A DNA stretch of 64,000 bases from Botryllus schlosseri (Eukaryota): positions 11,782,001 to 11,846,000 of the forward strand of contig CM119371.1 in the NCBI GenBank assembly GCA_051294905.1. The letters are read 5' to 3'. Numbering within the stretch: the first letter of the stretch is position 1; each line of letters starts with the position of its first letter. Below are positions 26,091-37,201 of this stretch, piece after piece. The notes beneath the pieces are model-generated. The model made no database searches and had not been told where the DNA came from. It saw nothing but the letters and a program-made list of their open reading frames with translations. A program made the position numbers and the translations under genes.

Positions 26091-26362
26091 AAATTACGAA
26101 CATACATCACCGGTTAACGATGCCACCACGTCTATTCTAGACAAGACCTGTACTTCTGAACTAGTTCACGAGTCGAACCATGATATGAACCTTACTCGAA
26201 CAGAATATGAGCGAATTTCTATGTCCTGCTCAGCTCGAAGTTTGGGTTTACTTTCCGTAGATATTACGCAATTATCATATGGCCAATGTATTTCTAGAAA
26301 TTACGAACATACATCACCGGATACGATGCCACCACGTCTATTATAGACAAGACCTGTACTTC
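26091..26362 (+). repeat. Direct duplication of a ~65-bp block about 207 bp apart
   Basis: aaattacgaacatacatcaccgg..acgatgccaccacgtctatt.tagacaagacctgtacttct at ~26091 and ~26298. Confidence 0.85.
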
Positions 26363-26700
26363 TAGACTAGACGTGTACCGGTGGCGGCTCGTCCTATCGG
26401 GCAACTGGGGCATTGCCCCACCTAAAACTCTGTTCAATAACAATTATTTACCATTTATAGACGCACAGCAATCAATATATACCGAAATCACAGCGAAACC
26501 CGCATTATTCTTGTGCTTTCGCTTGTAAATGCCAATACCCAGCGAAGTCTCTGCGAAAATCGTATTCTCTTCTGTGTTTTCGCTTTGTGAATGCCTAGCC
26601 GGGGCTTGCCCCGGTAGCGCTCATAACAAGCTTTCACCGTCTGTTCTCTCAAAGCCGCGCACAATAAAGAAACAAGGATTTACTCTCTCCTATTCATAAA

Positions 26701-27970
26701 ATTACCGAGCAAGTGCGGCAACCTTGCCTGGCTGCCCTTAAGGTGTGATGTAACAATTGTATCTATATCTGAACTTGGTTACCGTCATATGCGCTGAGTC
26801 GAGCTTTGCTGGTATAGGTCGATTTTGACGATGTTTCGCTCCACGATAATTCTTGAAACTTGGTATGTTATGTCGTGAAGGTCGTATTTAACACTGCTCC
26901 AAGTTTCAGGGTCGCTACTTAAAGTGTAGGGTAGTAATCTCGTTTCCAAAATTGACTGTGTGCTGATCCGTCATGTATCGCAAACAGATTTTACTCAAAA
27001 GCCGGTATTGGTCTCCATTTATTTTGACGATGTTCCATACCGAGATCGGTCATGACATTTGGCATAGTTGGTTTTAGTGTTAGTATCGATCGCCGTACCA
27101 AGTTTAAAGTTTATCACTGAACTATGTGGGTGGTAATTTCGTTTCCTAAGTCGAGTGAGAGCTGACTCGCCATTTATCACTAACAGATTTTACGCAATAC
27201 CGGTATTGGTCTCTATCGATTTTAACGATGCTCCATACCTATATCCGTATTGAGCTTTTGGACGGTATATCTTGATTTCAGTATCGAACGCTGTGCCAAG
27301 TCCTGAGGCTGACACTCAATGATTAGGGCAGTAATTTCATTATCGAGGTCGAGTATGGTAGGCCTAACGCTGACTACCGCATTGCGGATTTCACGCAGAA
27401 GCCGGCGTTGGTCTGTGCTAATTTCAACTGTGTTTCATACTGAGATAGGTGATGAGATGATGATCTCATGAAACAGTTTACTAAGATTCTCGGTTTGCAT
27501 TCAAATATTTACTTTATTTTATATTCTCCAATGTCAATTTCACCGAGAAATTGTGGCCTTCAAGCTATTTGCTGACAACCCGATGTCAAGCGCGTTAGCT
27601 AGCTCGTTTTCGATCGACGGCTAACAGCTGATCAAATGATCAGCCTATTCCTCGATATATTTTACGCAAAATTCAGTGTTTTTAGGCAAGACTCGGACCT
27701 TATCAGCCTGGAAATTGTCCATTGATCTAATCGTACACGGAGGAAAGCGCACTCTTACCTTTTCCCAACGTATTGCGATAAAAAATGAAAGGCTGCCGTA
27801 TAAGCGAGGATAATGACGCCTTGTTATACACTTTTACACTGCTGGTGCCAGTGGACAGTGTCTCTAGTTCGACCGAAATTGGGTATCGTGATCTGAAGCA
27901 TGTGGTCTACTGCAAACGGCGTCTCGATATTACCCGATAGTCGACATTGCTCGGCTCGAGTTGACTTGTT
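26701..27970. mobile_element. Helentron/HINE-like non-autonomous element with ~200-bp internal tandem repeats
   Basis: Short subterminal inverted repeat ccgagcaa(g)tg (26705) / cattgctcgg (27945), ends acttgttt; repeat anchors attttgacgatg-like at ~26821, 27021, 27218, 27421. Confidence 0.55.
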
Positions 27971-28224
27971 TATATTCTAATACATCTTTTTCCGAAGTAG
28001 TAACCATTAGTGAACTTTTAAAATTCCCATAGTTGAAAAATCGCTTTCTATCAACTTTGCTGCAGTAATTAGGCTCGATGTGTTAGATGTGCTCCCGATT
28101 CTCAACGCTCTCATTCTGGGTATTCCAGATTTCAATGAACTCGTCATTGAACATTTTGCAACTACGAAATCACGCCGCGCGCAATAGGCCTGCTGATACA
28201 AACGTTAAAATATGCAGGTATGAA

Positions 28225-29540
28225 AGAGAGAGAGAGAGAGAGTCTTTATTTTCATCGAACCAAAATACATAACAAACGGCAGTGATGGTGGTACAGAAAA
28301 TATGCATGCACAGTATTCGGTATTAGATAGGAATGATCGATAAGACCGTGAAGGTCATCTAGTCTGATCACACCAGCATCAAACAGGTACACTTGACTCT
28401 GAACAGTCTGGCTGTAAAGAAATGTTTAGTTAAGGAAAATAGAAGAAAAAAAATTAAGCAATGGTGGCAAATGATCAATGAAGCAATGTCTGGGCGAGGT
28501 AGGGCAACAGTGTTAGTGTAACGACAAGAGGTGATCAAGTAGGGCTTTTTTGAATCTATAATAAGTCAATTCACGGATATGTGGTGGTAATGCATTCCAG
28601 ATGATAGGTCCCGAGTAGTCGATAGATCTCTTAGTTAGGTTGCTATTGGGTGGGGGTAAGTAGATGTTTCCTTTAGACGAGGATCTCGTGTAATGGGAAT
28701 GGACATGTTTAGCAGGTATGAAAAAGTCATCAAACACAGGAGGCAGACTATTGGAAAAATATTTGTGAACAACTTTTGATACTTCGAAGCGATATAGTTC
28801 ATCAACTCGCAAAATTCGATGCTTACGGTAGTAAGGCGATAAATTGGTACGTAAAGGTACAGATGAGATCAGCCGTATCGCACGGTTTTGCAGGGTTCGA
28901 ATTCTGCACAAAAATGTTGTGCATGCATTTCCCCATACTAGGATTCCATATTGCAGATGAGAGTGGAAAAGAGAGAAGTAGAGGGTTCGTAGCACTGATC
29001 TGGAAACCAAAGATTGGAGACGGGTCATTATTCCCACACACCGAGCTAGTTTTGATATTGTGCATTCAATATGCTGCTTCCAAGACAATTTGGAATCAAT
29101 GGTGACGCCGAGATATTTTGCTGAGTCACATATTGAGATTTGTTTATGATTGATGTTCACAGTGAAATTATGACTGGCATTATTTAAAACGAGCATCTCG
29201 GTCTTATCTGCATTCAAACTTAGTTTGTTTGCTTGGAGCCATCTCGACACTTTTGGGAGTTCCATATTCACAGATGCATGCAAACCATCGACAGTGTTGG
29301 AGGTTATGAAGAGGTGAGTATCATCAGCAAATAGCGTTGTGCGGAATAAAGATGCATTAACAATGTCGTTAATATAAATGAGGAAAAAAGTCGGTCCAAG
29401 GACTGAGCCTTGTGGCACTCGACAAGTTTTATCTCTGGTAGTCGTTCTTAATGACCCCAGTTTAACAAATTGTTTGCGGTTTGCCAGGTAGCTTTCAAGT
29501 AGAGTTGCTGCAATACCCCTGATTCCATAGTGAACAACTG
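28225..29540 (-). mobile_element. 5'-truncated CR1/L2-group LINE: RT C-terminal half, 3' UTR and (CT)n tail
   Basis: ORF to 28513 with YGIRG, VPQGSVLGP, LFADD, KYLGV, LQYGILVWG; minus-strand AATAAA (28245-28250) followed by (CT)9. Confidence 0.93.
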
Positions 29541-30119
29541 TACTTGATAATTTCTTTCGAATAATTTGAAATACGTAAGTCTTGTTTACCATGCTTAATG
29601 TATATACCCCATACAAACTGTGTGTGACCACTACGAAGTCACATTTTCACGTCGGAATACACCATTATGACGTCATTTAGACAATTCAAATCGTTTACGT
29701 CCCTTGCCCCACCACCCGATATTATCACGAGCCGCCACTGACTTGTACTGTCTAAGTGCAGCGGTGAATAATGTCGCTGTTGCATTACGAATGCTGTCAT
29801 TAAACCAAACAACGCTACCAAGCTACGAGCACTGGTAAATGGAATATTTTTTTTGGTAAATCGATTCACTGGATATTGAAGACGAGGTATGCAGGCACGT
29901 CCGGGGCATAACTGGAAGTATCGGAAATCGGCGAGTGAGATGCACCGTGGAGACCAAAGTTTAAACCCGGTTAAAATGAAAGATCGCCATGGTCGCCAAG
30001 ACCCATTCTTATCCAGAGAAATCGGTTGCCAGAAGCAGTTTTTTAGTATCCAGCTCCATAATCCATTCGTAATCGCGTCATCTCGTTCTTGCTTGTAATC
30101 GCCTTGTTTCTGGCAAGCT

Positions 30120-30680
30120 TTCTTGCTTCTCCATGTTTTGACTGTCTTGAAGCTACGATCCGTAGTTGCTCTGAAAAATAAATTGAGCGCGGCAGCACAA
30201 TTTGTATGTGAAAGGTTATTGATAATAAGAAACGTACGTGCTTTATTATCGCAGGTGCTTAAAAGTTGTCTTGCTTTTCCATATGTACATGGTCTTGAAG
30301 CTACGATTAGTAGTTGGTCTGAAAAATAAATTGAGCAAGGCAGCACAATTTTTATGTGAAAGGTTATTGATAATAAGAAACGTACGTGTTGGTAACGCAG
30401 GTTCTTAAAAGTTGTCTTGCTTTTCCATATGCAGCCTACATAGTCTTGAAGCTACGATTAGTAGTTGCTCTGAAAAATATATTGAGCGAGGCAGCACAAT
30501 ATGTATGTGAAAGGTTATTGATAATAAGAAACGTACGTGCTTTGGTATCCAGGTGCTCAAAAGTGTCTTGCTTTTCCATATGTCCATCGTCTTGAAGCTA
30601 CGAATAGTAGTTGGTCTGAAAAATAAATTGAGCTAGTCAGCATGTGTGTGAAAGGTTATTGATAATAACACACTTACGTA
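30120..30680. repeat. Tandem array, ~148-bp unit, about 3.7 copies
   Basis: tcttgaagctacga anchors at ~30145, 30293, 30444, 30590; shared gaaaggttattgataataa core. Confidence 0.93.
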
Positions 30681-31089
30681 GCGTTGTGATTACGGTCTAC
30701 CGAGTTATTGTGGTTTTGCCGAAAAAGGTTATTATGTCGATCTATTAGCTGGTACCACAATTTTAAAATGGATCAGTACATCAACGACCAGAGATAAATT
30801 AGACGAAGTTAGACGAATCAAAACTAATCAGCTTCAGAAATGAAACGGGTGGAATTAGAATTAGACCATATTGATCAATGCATAAATTCTCAATACTAGT
30901 GATATGTATAAAATAAATAATATACAAATGTAATCTTATATTTATAATAAACACATTAATAGATTTTAGATATAAATGTCGTAAATATGTAGAATGGAAG
31001 AAAATATAGTATATAAAGTAGGCTATAGTCAATGAATGAATTTTATTAGCAAATTGGAGATGGTCGCAACTCAAGCACTAGGGTTGGGT

Positions 31090-31540
31090 TTTGACATTCA
31101 GATCAAAACCATAGAAAAGACGGATCACTCCAAACACCATCCGGAATTGGGACAGGATAGCAATAAGCATGGTACCATTTGTCACATTGATCACATTTCA
31201 CCATTCAAGGTTGAGAATCACAATAAGGCAACTAGCACTAACAAAATAGTGACATGTTTAACGTTGAGAAAGGGACTGGTTTTGGATCCACGACAGAGAA
31301 TTCCACTAAATCGACATTTTCTACTTCAATCAGGGCGAGGCACATTTGTCGAAGTTGTTGCGTATAAACCACTGTTTCTGGATTTAACCCAAAACACAGG
31401 GTTATCGCATTGGTTATGGCGAAGACGCCGCAATCACTACCGTTACCTTGCTGTTGGTCGAACACGGCCTACTCAGCATTCCGATTGAACATAAGGTTTC
31501 ATCGTTATATACCGAAGAATTGTAGGCTTGAATTGTAGAC
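31090..31540 (-). pseudogene. Decayed Ulp1/C48 protease C-terminus plus PHD finger (probable transposon cargo)
   Basis: QQQGNGSDCGVFAI catalytic motif followed in frame by LFC*C*LPY..MVKCDQCDKWYHAYC and, after a frameshift, WF*SEC. Confidence 0.75.
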
Positions 31541-32072
31541 TTTCGAGTAGCGCCTGTTCCCGGCACATCTATTTTAAATGCGGGATTTTGTGATTATCCG
31601 CAGGTCCACCTATCCTTCTATTGTGGGACGGGAACAGCATGTTCTGGGTGCCTCTGTTTAAGTACCATTGACCGATTTTGTCATGGTCCACCTCACTGAG
31701 CATGGTTGGTTTTGTGGTTAAGAATTTTCTTTCGGTCCGTCCTTTAGTATTGTAGTTTGGCAGGATGTTACAAGATTTTGCAGCAATTTGGATATATACA
31801 ATACATGCCGGATATTTACCAAGTCCGAAATTTGAGAAATGTAAGGCAATCAGGCATCATTGGATAGTAGCCTCCTTTCAGAGTATGGTTTAGTAAGAAT
31901 ACATCTGCAGATGAAAAGGTGCCTTTGTACGTTATCTAATCTATAACCGTTCTTCTGATACTCTTTAAATCCTCAATGCAATCGAATTACTATATGGCAT
32001 CCTCTGTTGGGGGGCTGCCAATAAAACTGCACTCGAGCCACTGCAAAAACTACAAAATAAGGTACTCCGTAT

Positions 32073-33259
32073 CAGAGTTGGATGAATTACAATATTTCAG
32101 TTCAATTACAATTACAATTACAATTACTTCCTTGCATGTTTCATTCACATTACAATTATAGTTACTCAATGCTAAAAATATCAAATTACAATTACAATCA
32201 CTGTTAAACATGTAATTAATTAAAATTTCAATTACAAATACAATTACTGTTAAACATATAATTGACACGGTAGAGAGGTGTTCTCTGACGACCGTAGCGA
32301 CGTAATTAGCAACAATCTCAAGCTATTCATGTTTCATTCATGATACGTAGAATACCCTTTAATTGAAAAAAACACTCGACCGTATTCGAACTATTCCTAA
32401 TCATGAGTACTGAAAACTACAAACACAGAAAAATGTTTTGTCCGACTGTTAACAACCGAAAGTTTGAGCAACTAGCAGCGAATAGGCTACAGGAGTTTAC
32501 TTGCTGTTCATCCATTTTTGAAATATTAAGATTTAGTTTAGCCCACTGGTTCTTTTACTTTTTTAGACACGCCCCTCTTTATGACAGTGAATTATTTCAT
32601 GCCCCCCCCCCCCCTTATCGTCATATCACACATTGAAACCAGAGAAATCCCTACAGATAGTTTGATGGTATGGAAGGTTAAGACTGTTGATGGGAGAATT
32701 CTCCAATATGACATTCGGACTATACACAGAGCAATAACTATGAAATGAAGGTGAATCGCGCCAAGCGCGGAAAAAAATTCAGTTTACCGGAGCTTCTCGC
32801 CCCCCTTCAGATGCTGTCACGCCGCCCAAGGGGGGCACGTCCCCCAGTTTGAGAACCATTGGTTTAGCCTATATTGTAATTCACAAAGTTTTCTATTGCT
32901 ACTGAAGTGTGGAAAACGGTTTAGCATGGCTGAATTATCTAGTTATAACGCGGCACGCATAGAACACCGATGTAAATAGGCTAACTATTTCAGGTGGTGA
33001 CTGTGTACTAAGGCCTTAAGGCCTTGCGGGTTGCGGCCCCTCGTCATCATCCTAGTCCGTACCGGATTTTCACTGGTGTGACGAATAAATGATTGATTGA
33101 TTGTTTTGTGTTGTGATTGTCAGGTTTCCATAACAATGAAATTGAAATTGTAATTGAGCAAAATTTTTATCAAATTACAATTACAATTACAATTAAACTA
33201 CATGAAAAATGTAATTATTACATTCAGCTCAATTACAAATTACAATTGATCCAACTCTG
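32073..33259. mobile_element. hAT MITE with (ATTACA)n subterminal repeats
   Basis: cagagttggat...atccaactctg TIR; TSD ctccgtat. Confidence 0.92.
32544..32861. mobile_element. Small hAT MITE nested in 32073-33259
   Basis: cactggttct...agaaccattg termini; TSD gtttagcc. Confidence 0.8.
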
Positions 33260-34899
33260 CTCCGTATCATAGCTAGGGCCCCACAGTGGCCTGGTTGCCC
33301 ATCCAACAAGTCGCTGCTGAAGAAATTCGGTGTGCTAAACATGCGCAAACTAGAAATCGCCAAGTTTATGAATCAGTTACACTGCGGTCGTTGTCCCAAA
33401 TATTTCAATAACTTTTTTTTAGGTCGGAATCAAAAGCGCACAAGTACAACACACATGTGTCCACGTCGTCCAACTATCATATGACGACCGAAAATGGGCC
33501 GGACCTGATGTGTGGAACAGTATACCACTGGCCAGCCGACAGTCGACGAGCATGTCCCCATTCAAGTCGAAATACAACCAATTACTACTAAATGCATACT
33601 AGTCTATCCTCAAGATTACCGGACCACGACTGACCTATCGATCTCGCCTTCCATGACATGCCACCCCATTTCTTGTTGCTTGCTTTTTTCTATACTATCT
33701 TCTTTACTTTTCATTCAGTGTGCATGCCTCCTGTTTACATCGCCTGGGCCAAGGTGGTTGTCTGATTCCATGGACTACTCGAAGTCGCTTCGACAACTTC
33801 CTATCTTTTCATTGTATCGCATTTTTGTGGTGTATTGAACTGGTAAAAATTGCTAATAAACCAATGATGATGATGATGATGATGATGATGCAAAATAAAT
33901 CAATGAAATTATGTTTGAGACAATAGTAAATTATGTTGATGTCATCCTCACAAAAGAATGTGAAAGAGGCAAGTTGAGTACAATATTCCCTATGCTGAAA
34001 CTCATTTAAAGGTAACATGTTACTGCCAGAATTGTGTGTTCTGAAGTTTGACCAGAGGCAGAATCAACATAGCTATAAGCCGATCGTTGCTCACATATTC
34101 AAAATTCCATCCTATTCTAAGAATCAGCGCAACCTTCGTTCATCCCCTATTTTGACGAATTGATTCCGTATGGCCAGTTTATAAAATCTCAGTAAGGTTT
34201 CTAACGCCTGTGAGTGGATGTTTCATAAAAATGTGCCGATCTATGTGTTGGTTTGAATCTACCATAAGATTAGTCCGACCATGGCTTCTCTGAACAACAC
34301 TGTCGGAGTGCGTTATAGGATGCTTTAGTGTAGGGGTGTGCAACAATCAGCTGCGGGACTATGACAGAAAAGACTTGTGAGGCCAACCCCTACGCGCCAG
34401 GACATATTATGTTGTGGGCAGCATATTGATAGGCGAAGTACGGTGCCAAAAAATTGCCGGCGATGAAATCAAAATGACCGTCGCTGGTTGGCTAATACCC
34501 CGATATTGATACGTCCATTCGTCAAAATGGTTGGTACGGAATAGTCAATAGTCCGAGTAGAAAGTCAGTACAAATGCGACCCGTGGCCAAATAACACACT
34601 TTAATTTGAAATCGCGTGAGTCAGACATGCTTCATAGAGCTGCATTGCGTACGACTGCTGTCTACGCATTCTCTATATCGTATACAATACGATTTATATA
34701 ACGTATAGCCTACATGCCCGTAAAATGTAGCATAGTTATTTTAAAAATGCATACGATTGGATGTGTGAGGCTTGGGTCGCGAGATGCCACTAAAACTCGG
34801 ATTCGGGTCTCAGTCAAAATGGTTTAAGAACGACGGCTTCATATAATCGTATAAAAGCCTGCGTTTGACTTATAAGTACGGCCCGCGAATCAATTCAGA

Positions 34900-35390
34900 T
34901 GTTGAATGCGACCCGCCAGCTGAAAAGTTTGCTGAAAAGTGCGCTGTACACCGGTAGGTAACTTGACGCCACAACCCTGAGTGAGTGTTCCAGATGTGCA
35001 TTAGTGAGGGGTGTTCTGTGTTTGATTTTGATGAAGTTGATGTCCGAAAGGCTGATTCACAACGATAAGTTGAATCAAACATGCTTGCAACCTTTATAGC
35101 TGCTGCGCATGCGCATACACCACTGTACTTTTCCGTGTCAACAAGGCACTAATACTTTGCTGAAGCCTGATGGGCTTTGAGGTGGAGGTCATTTTGCAGC
35201 GTTACAATTTCAATCTCACACTGTTCAGCATCCAGATATGACAGATTCCATGATACCGGACAGCAGTAGCGATTACAGAAAATTGGAAACATGGCACTAA
35301 ACTGTGTTGATTATAAAAGAAACAAACTGTGTCAAAAGATGCAATACGTAATGGACATGCAGATATTGAAAATTTGCTAGTACTTCACGG
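34900..35390 (-). pseudogene. hAT transposase C-terminal (dimerisation domain) remnant
   Basis: SMFDSTYRCESAF, frameshift, then INFIKIKHRTPLTNAHLEHSLRV, matching the FGSTYxCExxFS..K.K.R..L...L pattern. Confidence 0.8.
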
Positions 35391-35412
35391 CTATATGCTA
35401 CCGAATATAGTT

Positions 35413-36596
35413 TAGGGTTGCCATACGTCCGGAATTTCCCGGACATATCCGGAATTTCACTGTTCAAACTAGCGTCCGGGAGGAATTTCTAAAATATGCC
35501 AAATGTCCGGAATTTTGAAGACTTGACGTAGGCTCATAATTTTTTCGTAAATTAACATGAAAACATTATGTTTGGGAATATTTATGCTGGTGTATGATAT
35601 TTTTCTTCGCGCTGCGCGCGATTTACCATCACATTTATTGATTTTAATATGGGGATTACCACCCTCGCAAAAAGTGCAATAAAATATAAACAAAAACAAC
35701 CTATATTTACTGGAATAAGCCTAATTGTAATCGCAATTATAGGAGAACGATATATTCCTAGAGATCTTTAAGGCTGTTTAAATGCTTAATTCAATCATAG
35801 TCGTTTACAGCAATGTACAGTGCTGTAAACGACTATGATTCAATGATATATAGTGGTTCCAAAGTTGGCGGTCGTTTGATTTTATTCTGGGGGCTCGCGA
35901 ATATGTTGAAATGCGAAATAGCCCGTGAGTAAGTCTGGGCGAAGGTGCTGACTTCTTTTAGTAATCAGCTCGTCAAATTTTGATCCGGGCCACGGAACAT
36001 TTTCAAATTGGAGATTGAGTCGTGACCATAAAAGGCTGGAAACCACTGGATGTGGGGTGTTTATAACGCTCCGTGGTGAGCACCGGCGTAAGGCTGGTAA
36101 ACAATCTTATCGGTGGGACAGGAACATGACTTAACGATGTACGTACAATGACACTCCCTGTATTTTCGAACTCATCACTCTCCACCAGCTCGACCGCTAA
36201 TTCTGGTCATGTTGGCGGATAGTATAGTAACTATTGTAACTATATAGTAATATATGGAACAACCAATTTTATTGACAGAATTCATTCAAAAAGTTTTTCG
36301 ACCAAATGCATATAGAAACCATATTCATATAGCACTCCCCCCCCCCTTGGAAGTTGCATCGATTACCCCATGGAGGGCTCAAAATCATTGTTTATTTGGG
36401 TGGGAAGGGGCTGAAAAAGGTGGTTTCGGTCCCGGTTGCCCAACACACAGTCACATACATACTCCTGAACCGGATCGTAACCACCTCTGGTATATGAGCA
36501 AAGCTTTACTAGTGTGACGTCATAACTAATTTTGAAATCCTCTAGTGGGCGCTAAAGAATGTCCGGAATTTGTGTCACAGAAATATGGTAACCCTA
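35413..36596. mobile_element. hAT (Blackjack-like) MITE
   Basis: tagggttgccata...tatggtaacccta termini; TSD atatagtt; tccgg subterminal repeats. Confidence 0.9.
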
Positions 36597-37201
36597 ATAT
36601 AGTTATGTTGTTTACTACTTTGGCATTGTCCTGGACGTCGAGCTACCATGAAGTAACTCCCGTCGCTCGTTGGTCAAAACCGTGGACATTGATATGCCCG
36701 GTTGCCAAAATAGTCGGCATTGTTCCGTTCTTGCAATTTGAGAAGACAGTAGTACAAATGCAAAATAAATGTGACACGCTGATGAAATTAACGCACTTCA
36801 ATTTGAAATCACACGCGCCTGATATGCTTCATAGGCCTGGAGGTGAATTGCGCACCACTGTTATCTGGGCTTTCTCTATATCATAGTCTATGTGCTCGTA
36901 AAATCGCAGCATATTAATCATAAAAATGCATTCTATTATGTGTCGCGAGATGCCACTACAGCTACACTCAGACTTGCGTCGAGGCTCCAGAACCACTGGC
37001 CTATACGTCATGTCACTCGCCCAGCCGATCATATCAGACTCGTTTACTAGGATTGTTTTCTAACTCTTCATTAGATTAAAACTAATTCACAGGTAATATA
37101 AAAGCACGGTAACGACTAATTGCCTACAGAGAACAATAAGAGTAAAAGGTAAAGGTTTACAGCAAAAACCTGAAACTTTAATAAAGAACTAAACATACCC
37201 G

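Larger units (their letters stand above)
26379..29740. mobile_element. hAT (Tip100-like) element hosting a Helentron-like element and a LINE
   Basis: cggtggcggctcgt...acgagccgccactg termini; flanks acgtgtac / acttgtac (7/8); ttgcccca subterminal motifs. Confidence 0.8.
31840..33890 (+). mobile_element. Decayed CR1/L2-group LINE 3' fragment with (ATG)n tail, interrupted by MITE 32073-33259
   Basis: Removing the MITE joins LLYGILCWG..ANKTALEPLQKLQNKVLRIIARAP..LLKKFGVLN; AATAAA at 33855 then (atg)9. Confidence 0.82.

Noticed and set aside
29639..30346. 235-aa minus-strand ORF as a gene
   Set aside because: Starts inside the 148-bp tandem array, crosses a hAT terminus at 29740 and has no recognisable motif.
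33720..34018. Poly-Met and poly-Ile ORFs
   Set aside because: Translations of the (ATG)n LINE tail.
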